A stretch of DNA of 24,859 nt. Origin: a virus. Taxonomy: Duplodnaviria; Caudoviricetes. Below, piece by piece: positions 1-6,401 of this stretch. The position numbers were made by a program, and so were the translations under genes. The notes under the pieces are model-generated. The model saw only the letters and a program-made list of their open reading frames with translations. It did not search any database and was not told where the DNA came from. The stretch lies in the IMG/VR virus record IMGVR_UViG_3300031588_000015, positions 1 to 24,859 of that record. One strand, given 5' to 3'. Within the stretch, counting starts at the first letter, position 1; every line of letters begins with the position of its first letter.

Positions 1-135
1 TTTTTAATCCTAAGTGATTGTTTTTGTTACAGGTTAATATTGTTGAGATGTGGTGATTATATCATAAAAGGGGGTTTTGTGACCATAAAGGGATTATTAG
101 TCGTGTTTAGTTCTAGGGGATACTCTCTCTATGGA

Positions 136-141
136 TATAAT
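136..141 (+). promoter_or_regulatory. Possible early promoter -10 box (TATAAT); no good -35
   Basis: Perfect TATAAT about 55 nt upstream of the first ORF. The hexamer 17 nt upstream (CTAGGG) matches TTGACA poorly. Confidence 0.4.
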
Positions 142-194
142 AAGACTTCATTAAGCAAGACAAGACCGCAACGGTAACCACTAAAGGAAATATT

Positions 195-410
195 ATGTCT
201 ACATTCTTAAACACTTTTAGACCTTTACAAGAGCAAGTAAAGCAAACTGAATTAGCCTATGACATAGCCACTCAAGACTTGATAAATTATAACGGTTCAA
301 GTTTTGAAGATTGCGAGGCCTTAACCGCGATAGCTATTAACACTTACCACACATGGAAAGCTAGTTTAAAAGCATTTGACGAGGCTTATTACGCCCTACC
401 TAAAAATTAA
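195..410 (+). CDS. Hypothetical early phage protein (71 aa)
   Basis: SD-like AAGGA 7 nt before the ATG; first gene of a tightly packed + strand block. Confidence 0.8.
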   Translation: MSTFLNTFRPLQEQVKQTELAYDIATQDLINYNGSSFEDCEALTAIAINTYHTWKASLKAFDEAYYALPKN

Positions 411-439
411 TCCAACCATAACGACTTAGAGGTCACACA

Positions 440-1357
440 ATGAAAGACGCAAAAATAGAAGCAATCGTTAAAGAGATTACCGACAAAGTAATCGCCAACC
501 TTGAGAACCTACCAAAAGACGCTAAATGGTCTAAGCCGTGGAGTTCTAATGGTGTAGCATTTGGGGCGCATCATAACCCCATCACTGGGACCGTATACAG
601 CGGGTTTAACTGGTTCATCACCAATTTTAGTGGTTATGACTGCAACCAGTGGGTCACTTTTAACCAGTTAGTAACCAAATTCGGTAGAGATGCGGCCTGT
701 AAATATGTCAAGGGCAATAAAACCACCGGAATTATCCATTTTAAAATGCTCAAAGATTCCCGCGATGCTACAGGGGCCACTCTCTATCCTAAAATGTCTC
801 AATATCGCGTATTTAATGTCGAGCAGTTAAACGACTTTGATGCCTCAGTTTTTGGCCCCAAATCATCCGTTACCGATGCCCCAATTATACCAGAAAATGG
901 CGTAAATTGCATGGCTAAACAGCTAGGTGTTGACCTTAAATACACTGGTAACAGGGCGTGTTTTATACCCTCGCAAGATCAAATTCACATGCCTACAGTT
1001 GAATCTTTTATTGATGGTGGTACTGGACGCGATCACCACGACTCGACTTTGCTACACGAAATAACCCACTGGACGGGCCACAAATCGAGATTAAACCGTA
1101 ACCTTAAAAATGGGTTTGGGTCTAAGGATTACGCGTTCGAGGAACTTGTCGCGGAACTTGGGTCAGCAATGGCCGGATCAATTATGGGCCTGCCATATGA
1201 GGGGCTACAGCATGATGAATATATACAGAATTGGATTGAAGTCTTGCAGGGGGATCCTAGCGCATTGTATGAGGCTAGCAAGCTTGCGAATAAAGCTGTT
1301 CGATATATGGTCGAGAATAGCAAGGAAGCGTCAGAGATGGGCAGTAAGGCCGCTTAA
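440..1357 (+). CDS. ardC: ArdC-family antirestriction / ssDNA-binding protein (DUF1738 N-domain plus zincin-like metallopeptidase domain)
   Basis: Motifs WSKPW, NPITGTVYSGFN, WVTFNQ, YRVFNVEQ, DQIHMP, LLHEITHWTGH (HExxH) and YAFEELVAELGSA are characteristic of ArdC; GAGG SD upstream. Confidence 0.92.
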   Translation: MKDAKIEAIVKEITDKVIANLENLPKDAKWSKPWSSNGVAFGAHHNPITGTVYSGFNWFITNFSGYDCNQWVTFNQLVTKFGRDAACKYVKGNKTTGIIHFKMLKDSRDATGATLYPKMSQYRVFNVEQLNDFDASVFGPKSSVTDAPIIPENGVNCMAKQLGVDLKYTGNRACFIPSQDQIHMPTVESFIDGGTGRDHHDSTLLHEITHWTGHKSRLNRNLKNGFGSKDYAFEELVAELGSAMAGSIMGLPYEGLQHDEYIQNWIEVLQGDPSALYEASKLANKAVRYMVENSKEASEMGSKAA

Positions 1358-1406
1358 AGTCCAACGCGTAGCCTATCCGCGATGGGTAGGTTATTCGATG
1401 CACTTT
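1356..1406 (+). other. Long intergenic stem-loop, possible RNase III processing or mRNA stability element
   Basis: 1356-1378 pairs with 1384-1406 at 20 of 23 positions (G-U allowed), with a 5-nt loop and no U-tract after the upper stem. Confidence 0.6.
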
Positions 1407-1431
1407 GGCATCATAACTAGAGGATAAAATC

Positions 1432-1740
1432 ATGATTAAATTACATACTGATACTTGCGCTGAAATCGCGGATCTAATTAATACTATTGACGTTGCAATT
1501 ATTTGCGCAAAATCCAACGATAGCAAAAAGGATGAGCCGGATTGTATTTTAGATTTCAGGGAGATTCACGGTAACTGGAGTTTTTGGTGGCACGAACGGG
1601 CTAAAGCCGTTATTTTATTGTATGACAATTACGGCATTAAATTGCCTGCTTACAATCGTGCCTGCGAGATCGTTAAAGATCCTATGTATTCCAATGCGGT
1701 GTTAACTTTAGAGCAAGATAAAAGACTAGAGGTAGCATAA
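1432..1740 (+). CDS. Hypothetical protein (102 aa)
   Basis: AGAGGA SD; stop overlaps the next start (TAAATG). Confidence 0.8.
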   Translation: MIKLHTDTCAEIADLINTIDVAIICAKSNDSKKDEPDCILDFREIHGNWSFWWHERAKAVILLYDNYGIKLPAYNRACEIVKDPMYSNAVLTLEQDKRLEVA

Positions 1741-2006
1741 TGGATTACTTTGAATTGATTAATTTATTGTCAGATTCCACCCTTGAAATTATCAAGCTTG
1801 ACCTTGACCGACAATATCAAGATCTACTGAGTAACATTGAAGATAAGGAATCAACAATCGAGGCTCACCGTAACAGTGGTGAGCCTTGGACGGTTTCTAT
1901 CGCTGAAATGGAATCATTAGTCCGTGTTCATTGGTTTCAGTTAGAAAGCATAGCGCGGCATGTTGATCGCATTGAAGAAAGCCAACTAAAAAGGGGTTTA
2001 GTATGA
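1740..2006 (+). CDS. Hypothetical protein (88 aa, helical/acidic)
   Basis: GAGG SD; translationally coupled to both neighbours. Confidence 0.75.
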   Translation: MDYFELINLLSDSTLEIIKLDLDRQYQDLLSNIEDKESTIEAHRNSGEPWTVSIAEMESLVRVHWFQLESIARHVDRIEESQLKRGLV

Positions 2007-2260
2007 GTACTCAAAATCAAAGACTATTAGCGTATCTTGATAAAGGATATTCCATTACAAGGATTAACAGTTTTAAGGAACTGGGGATTTTTGAACTGTC
2101 AGCGCGTATCTGCGAACTTAAAAAAGACGGGCATAACATTAAGATTGAGCGGATCAAAGGGCTAAACCAATTCGGGGAGAAAATAAATTATTGTAAATAT
2201 TCCCTAATCAAGCCAGTGGATTCAAGCCCATATCAACATAATCGGGGCTACACTCTTTAA
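2003..2260 (+). CDS. Winged HTH DNA-binding protein (HTH_39-like)
   Basis: TQNQRLLAYL..G.SIT....F..LGI..LSARI.ELK..GH.I pattern typical of small phage HTH_39 proteins; ATGA overlap. Confidence 0.8.
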   Translation: MSTQNQRLLAYLDKGYSITRINSFKELGIFELSARICELKKDGHNIKIERIKGLNQFGEKINYCKYSLIKPVDSSPYQHNRGYTL

Positions 2261-2267
2261 TCCTGCC

Positions 2268-2293
2268 AAGCCCTCAGAGATGGGGGCTTTTTT
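2268..2293 (+). terminator. Intrinsic terminator of the early arm
   Basis: AAGCCCTCA-GAGA-TGGGGGCTT stem with a GNRA loop followed by a T-run, between convergent genes. Confidence 0.85.
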
Positions 2294-3059
2294 ATTTTCC
2301 TTGATATTTTTTTCTTAAGTAATTTATTGACACGGGCATTTCGTCAAACCCTCCGTTCCGGACTTCGTTTAACATCCAGATTCCCCGCCATGATCCGTTA
2401 GTTTGAGGCGTTAAATAATCTTCGTCATGTTGATAATATATTCCAGAAAACAAACCTGTTAAATTTACCCCATCAGCACGCCTTGCAAATGCTATTGACC
2501 TATCTTGAACGTGGCCCATTACTGCAGACATATGACGTTTGTTTAACAGCGCGTTAGCACTTGCCACTGGCCGACCCATTACACCAGACGTAAAGAAATG
2601 AGAATACGCAATTTGGTCAACCACCACCACTTCAAGATAAGAATAAACTTCAAAGCCAAATGATTCTAATTCAAGATCTTTGTACCCAATTAAGCCCTCC
2701 AGTTTTGAATCAGATTCTATCGCACGTTCTATGCGGTTTTCATGATTGCCTAGTGTATATACTAATCGCGGATGCCATTGTTTTTCTTTGTTTCTTTTGA
2801 GTCGCGCTTGCTCCTCTTGGATTGGATTCATAAATACTTTCATGGCCTCAATCCCTGCCGCAATATCATCTTTGTATCTTCGTCCCTCAAACGATTTTTT
2901 GCCTACGTCCCAAGTGGACAGACTAGGCATATCAAAATGATCTCCAATATGAACTATGACATCAGGTTTCTTTTCAGCCGCATACATACCCGCCCATCTT
3001 AAATGTTCAGTGGGTGAGTTTGGTTTGACTTGTGTATCCGGAATAATTAGATGTTTCAT
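2292..3059 (-). CDS. Calcineurin-like metallophosphoesterase
   Basis: Motifs IPDTQ, GDHFD, GNHE, YSH, GHVQ. GGAGG SD favours ATG 3059 over TTG 3062. Confidence 0.88.
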   Translation of the reverse strand: MKHLIIPDTQVKPNSPTEHLRWAGMYAAEKKPDVIVHIGDHFDMPSLSTWDVGKKSFEGRRYKDDIAAGIEAMKVFMNPIQEEQARLKRNKEKQWHPRLVYTLGNHENRIERAIESDSKLEGLIGYKDLELESFGFEVYSYLEVVVVDQIAYSHFFTSGVMGRPVASANALLNKRHMSAVMGHVQDRSIAFARRADGVNLTGLFSGIYYQHDEDYLTPQTNGSWRGIWMLNEVRNGGFDEMPVSINYLRKKYQGK

Positions 3060-3198
3060 CAATTTCGTCCTCCAAATTTTCTATTATTACCTGCAGAAAA
3101 TCCATAACTGCAAAGGCATCGTTTAAACAAAAGTCGGGAGACAAACTAAGTTTGATTGTTCGGGTAGCTATACCAAATGATTCATCGAGTGATTTCAT
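3007..3198 (-). CDS. Hypothetical protein (63 aa), uncertain
   Basis: Fills the gap between ssb and the phosphoesterase on the same strand, but has no SD and overlaps the next gene by about 50 nt. Confidence 0.45.
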   Translation of the reverse strand: MKSLDESFGIATRTIKLSLSPDFCLNDAFAVMDFLQVIIENLEDEIDETSNYSGYTSQTKLTH

Positions 3199-3206
3199 AG
3201 ATAGGG

Positions 3207-3235
3207 GGCGCGTTGGGGACGGTGCGCCAAGCCGT
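3207..3235 (-). ncRNA. Candidate H-type RNA pseudoknot downstream of ssb
   Basis: Minus strand ACGG-CUU-GGCGC-A-CCGU-CCCCAAC-GCGCC forms two interleaved stems; a GC-rich island in AT-rich DNA. Confidence 0.45.
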
Positions 3236-3249
3236 ACTTAGAGGTTCTT

Positions 3250-3591
3250 TTAAAACGGTATATCATCATCCCCAAGAGGCTCAGGCTCTGGCTCTGGCTT
3301 TTTCTCTTGTTCTGGATTGTAATTAGCCTGAATGTTTGTAACATTTGATTGGCTTGTCTCCGAATCTTGATATATAAGCCTAACATTACCAAGTATAGGA
3401 AGTCTAACCTTTTCTTCTCTCTCTTCTTTAGTCATAGATTGAGTGACAAATCCGTGATTTCCGTACTCATTTTCCGGCCCTAAGTCGATAAAAGTAGTTA
3501 GATCAAGGTAGGTACCTTTGTGGCCTGCGTACAGTCGCGTCTTGTCGATTTTTGTTACGTCAATATTTAAAGTTATGCCTATTTTTTTCAT
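3250..3591 (-). CDS. ssb: Single-stranded DNA-binding protein (phage type)
   Basis: C-terminal acidic tail DDDIPF after a disordered EPEPEP linker; position after the exonuclease and annealase genes. Confidence 0.8.
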   Translation of the reverse strand: MKKIGITLNIDVTKIDKTRLYAGHKGTYLDLTTFIDLGPENEYGNHGFVTQSMTKEEREEKVRLPILGNVRLIYQDSETSQSNVTNIQANYNPEQEKKPEPEPEPLGDDDIPF

Positions 3592-4187
3592 TTTTCTTTT
3601 CCTTTATAATTAATTACTTCAGTATGGGCGTTGGCAATTTCTACCTCTAATTTACCCGCGTATTCTTCATCAAGTTTTATCAAGATACAAACTGGGGGTA
3701 TCAATTCAGAGTAAGCAAACAGATACCATTCTTTTCTGCCTGTTACCATCATGCACCCAGTTACTTGTTGGATGTATTTTGTAATTAAAGTTTTGGGATT
3801 TCTCTCATAACCTAACATGACATTATCAGTTGGACATTTTATTTCTAGCCCCGAATCTTCATTAATCAATCCATCGGGAGAACATCCGTAAGTCAGACTA
3901 TCATGCAAAATAAACCCAGTTTCTATTACCTTTTTGTTGCTCATAAACTCAAAAACTTTTCTTGCTTCAGGCTCAAGATCAATACCATGTTGCATTGCCG
4001 CAGTAGTAACGTTATCAGGGTATGCATTGTAATATTTCCCTAAAATAGCGTCTGATATAAGCCCCTGCGCTTGCGAACTAGGTTTTCCGGTACTGGTTAT
4101 CAGCTTATGAAAACTGGACGCAGACAACACGCCCTTTCTTGCTTCCCTCCATTCCGGAGTGCCTTGTTCGTGATCTAAGACAATCAT
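3588..4187 (-). CDS. YqaJ / lambda-exonuclease-like 5'-3' exonuclease
   Basis: EQGTPEW..AR.G.LSAS, AMQHGIDLEPEAR, GCSPDGL and LEIKCP (PD-(D/E)xK) motifs. Confidence 0.93.
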   Translation of the reverse strand: MIVLDHEQGTPEWREARKGVLSASSFHKLITSTGKPSSQAQGLISDAILGKYYNAYPDNVTTAAMQHGIDLEPEARKVFEFMSNKKVIETGFILHDSLTYGCSPDGLINEDSGLEIKCPTDNVMLGYERNPKTLITKYIQQVTGCMMVTGRKEWYLFAYSELIPPVCILIKLDEEYAGKLEVEIANAHTEVINYKGKEK

Positions 4188-4756
4188 TTCGTTTTAGGCT
4201 TTGGGGTGTGTAATTTGTAATTAAGCATCCCCATAACTTTGCCGTATTGAGTTGCTTTTAATTCGCCAACATTACTAATTTTAAATGTATCTAAAAAGAT
4301 TGAAACATCTGAATTAGTTTTAATTAATAGATCATTAATTTCTTTTTCTTGTTCGTGAGTTATTACCGCATTTGCTACAGCGGGATTTATGTCCTCACCC
4401 ATGTACAAATGATGCCCCAAACCATGCATGGCTATCGCTTTAACTAAACATCTCATTTTCGAGTCAGATATGTCTCTGGATGTTGGGTTCTTGATAGAGT
4501 TATTCCGGTTATCCATAACAGGTAGCCACATAGTATGTTGATTTTCTTTTACCTTAACCGTAACTGTTACTTCAGCAGTCTCACCATAACTAGTGACAGA
4601 TCCAAACCAATAACTAGAATCAGGAAATTTTTCCATTAGTTTTGACCAAGCATAAGCCCATGATATGTAAGATAAATTACCTTTCTTTTCAATATAATCA
4701 GAAACGTCAATCTCTGATAAAATGCTCCAAGTACTGCGTTGATTTATATCTTTCAT
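4184..4756 (-). CDS. sak: Sak (Rad52-like, DUF1071) ssDNA annealing protein
   Basis: IDVS..IEKKGNLSYISWAYAW, MWLPVMDNRN and MRCLVKAIAMHGLG..LY.GED match the DUF1071/Sak signature. Confidence 0.9.
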   Translation of the reverse strand: MKDINQRSTWSILSEIDVSDYIEKKGNLSYISWAYAWSKLMEKFPDSSYWFGSVTSYGETAEVTVTVKVKENQHTMWLPVMDNRNNSIKNPTSRDISDSKMRCLVKAIAMHGLGHHLYMGEDINPAVANAVITHEQEKEINDLLIKTNSDVSIFLDTFKISNVGELKATQYGKVMGMLNYKLHTPKPKTK

Positions 4757-4959
4757 TTTGATTTTCCTTTTTTATCTAACACTAATTTACGCAACGAAAG
4801 TCTTTCTGTTATTAAGTGATATCTTTGAATAAGATCACTTCGAGTTTTTGGTTGCTGTTGTAATATATAATCAATTCCTTTAATTCTACTTAAAATAGTT
4901 TCATGTCGATCTTGCCACCCATCGTGGGTAAAAAACATAAGGGGAGTCATTTTTTCCAT
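4753..4959 (-). CDS. Hypothetical protein (68 aa)
   Basis: In-operon ORF; GAGG SD and ATGA overlap with sak. Confidence 0.7.
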   Translation of the reverse strand: MEKMTPLMFFTHDGWQDRHETILSRIKGIDYILQQQPKTRSDLIQRYHLITERLSLRKLVLDKKGKSK

Positions 4960-4960
4960 G

Positions 4961-5716
4961 TTACACCTCTATTTTAAATGGAATACTACAGCCGTTAACA
5001 TTGGCATTAGGAATAATTGCATCAGTTAAATAATTTAAGACTGCTTTATGTATCTTTTTGTTCTTATTGCCTGCAAAAGATAAGTTAGAAACAAGGCCGT
5101 CTTTAATGTCGTAAGAAGCTACAAATTTAGCTGTCCTAGATATCCGTATTTTAGATATATAATTACCAAACATAACATCGGAAGAAAGCAACGGACAAAC
5201 TGCCACAATTTCTTCAGCAATAGGCGTTTCAATGGGTGTTTCAATGGGTGTTTCAATAACTATTACAGCGGGTATTGATTCAATTACTGGAGTTATTTGT
5301 TTCTCCGGTTCTACAACGTTTTTTATAATTTGCGGAACTGGTTTAGTTAACGCTATTTTCTTAACTTCTTCTAGCAATAATTCTGCTTCGCCTTGTCCGT
5401 ATCTAACGTCTTTTAACTGCTTAATAAGCATAGCGTCAATAGTAGACAGGTCACTTAACAAACTGCTTGTTTCTTTTAATTGCTCAAGAGTTATTGTAAT
5501 ACCTGCTTCATTGTATCTGAGCATAGATTGAACTGATTCATAATCATCATTAAGAGAACCAACCTTATCTGCTAAATCTTGCTGATCGGTTTTGATTTTA
5601 TTAAACTCTTCTTTAAAATACTCTGACCTTATAGAATCGCGACTTATTGTGTGCGCCCATAGTGCAGTAATTGAACATACTAAAAGCACTGATATTACAT
5701 TTTGAAAATTAAACAT
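4961..5716 (-). CDS. Membrane-anchored coiled-coil protein with a TonB/TolA C-terminal-like domain
   Basis: N-terminal hydrophobic helix (about aa 7-21), coiled coil, Pro/Glu linker (IETP x3), then FVASYDIKDGLVSNLSF...IHKAVLNYL...CSIPFKI, which resembles the TonB_C beta-beta-alpha-beta pattern. GGAG SD. The CDS is confident; the function is tentative. Confidence 0.55.
   Translation of the reverse strand: MFNFQNVISVLLVCSITALWAHTISRDSIRSEYFKEEFNKIKTDQQDLADKVGSLNDDYESVQSMLRYNEAGITITLEQLKETSSLLSDLSTIDAMLIKQLKDVRYGQGEAELLLEEVKKIALTKPVPQIIKNVVEPEKQITPVIESIPAVIVIETPIETPIETPIAEEIVAVCPLLSSDVMFGNYISKIRISRTAKFVASYDIKDGLVSNLSFAGNKNKKIHKAVLNYLTDAIIPNANVNGCSIPFKIEV
5226..5257. repeat. 12-bp tandem repeat (GTTTCAATGGGT, about 2.7 copies) encoding IETP repeats
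   Basis: Directly visible in the sequence. Confidence 0.9.
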
Positions 5717-5719
5717 ATA

Positions 5720-5974
5720 TTACTCCGGATCTAAGTTAGGGTTTTTTTGTTCGCTAGCGTATTGTTGCGCGTAGCCATTGTCGTACTCTTCGGACTCATA
5801 CATCTGGTGTGGATAGCCCTTTAAGCAATCATACTCTCCTCTATCAAAATCAGTAAAATCATTGTGACTATATTTAGCAATTTGGTCACGCTCATGATTT
5901 GGGTTGCAAACTTTAAATAAACGCCTGTCAAAATCATCTTGGTCGTCTGGGCATTGAATTGGATTGTCACACAT
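5720..5974 (-). CDS. Hypothetical acidic protein (84 aa; start revised from 6010)
   Basis: AGAGGA SD precedes ATG 5974 (MCDNP...); the upstream ATG at 6010 lacks an SD and lies within a stem-loop. Confidence 0.75.
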   Translation of the reverse strand: MCDNPIQCPDDQDDFDRRLFKVCNPNHERDQIAKYSHNDFTDFDRGEYDCLKGYPHQMYESEEYDNGYAQQYASEQKNPNLDPE

Positions 5975-6045
5975 AACACGTTCCTCTAAGGTTGACCCCA
6001 AATAAAACATTAAAAAAAGACACTACGACTTGGGGTTGAGTTGTT

Positions 6046-6074
6046 AAGATAGCACCATTATGACATATGTGCAA
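6046..6074 (-). promoter_or_regulatory. Leftward sigma70-type promoter (pL-like)
   Basis: TTGCAC-17 nt-TATCTT with a TGn extended -10. Confidence 0.7.
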
Positions 6075-6082
6075 CTATATTG

Positions 6083-6110
6083 TTGACTGCATCCTTAAAT
6101 GTGCTAACAT
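6083..6110 (+). promoter_or_regulatory. Rightward sigma70-type promoter (pR-like)
   Basis: TTGACT-16 nt-TAACAT with a TGn extended -10. Confidence 0.7.
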
Positions 6111-6137
6111 GTAGTTTCATTTATAGAGGATAGCATT

Positions 6138-6401
6138 ATGGATATTAGAAGAAGTATGAAGTTTTTTATGTATTTTCACGACTTGAATCAATCAGAACTT
6201 GCTAGCGCAACTGGATTAGGTCAAACAAACATACATCGTTGGCTTAACGGTAAAGCTGAACCGTCATTATATATGTTAAAAACTATGGCTTATTGTTGTG
6301 GCGTTAGTGTTAGTAGTTTTATCGCGCAAGGTGAGATTGAATTAGATGAAATAGCAAGCACTTCTCGCCCTGTCTTAAGACGGGTATCTACGAATGCCTG
6401 A
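6138..6401 (+). CDS. XRE-family HTH transcriptional regulator (Cro-like position)
   Basis: LNQSELASATGLGQTNIHRWLNGKAEPSL is a classic HTH_3; AGAGGA SD; no peptidase S24 domain. Confidence 0.9.
   Translation: MDIRRSMKFFMYFHDLNQSELASATGLGQTNIHRWLNGKAEPSLYMLKTMAYCCGVSVSSFIAQGEIELDEIASTSRPVLRRVSTNA

Noticed and set aside
1-135. Terminal repeat or att site (short CATAAA(A)GGG repeats)
   Set aside because: The repeats are short and no partner copy is in the window; it cannot be supported without the other genome end.
1110-1526. ORFs 1110-1427(+), 1129-1323(-) and 1275-1526(-)
   Set aside because: Alternate-frame or antisense overlaps of ardC and the next gene; no SD or recognisable motifs.
3244-3256. 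TTTTAAAAG at the ssb stop as a frameshift or readthrough site stimulated by the pseudoknot
   Set aside because: The slippery heptamer is not in the ssb frame, the spacer is too long, a second in-frame TAA follows three codons later, and extension would bury the functional DDDIPF terminus.
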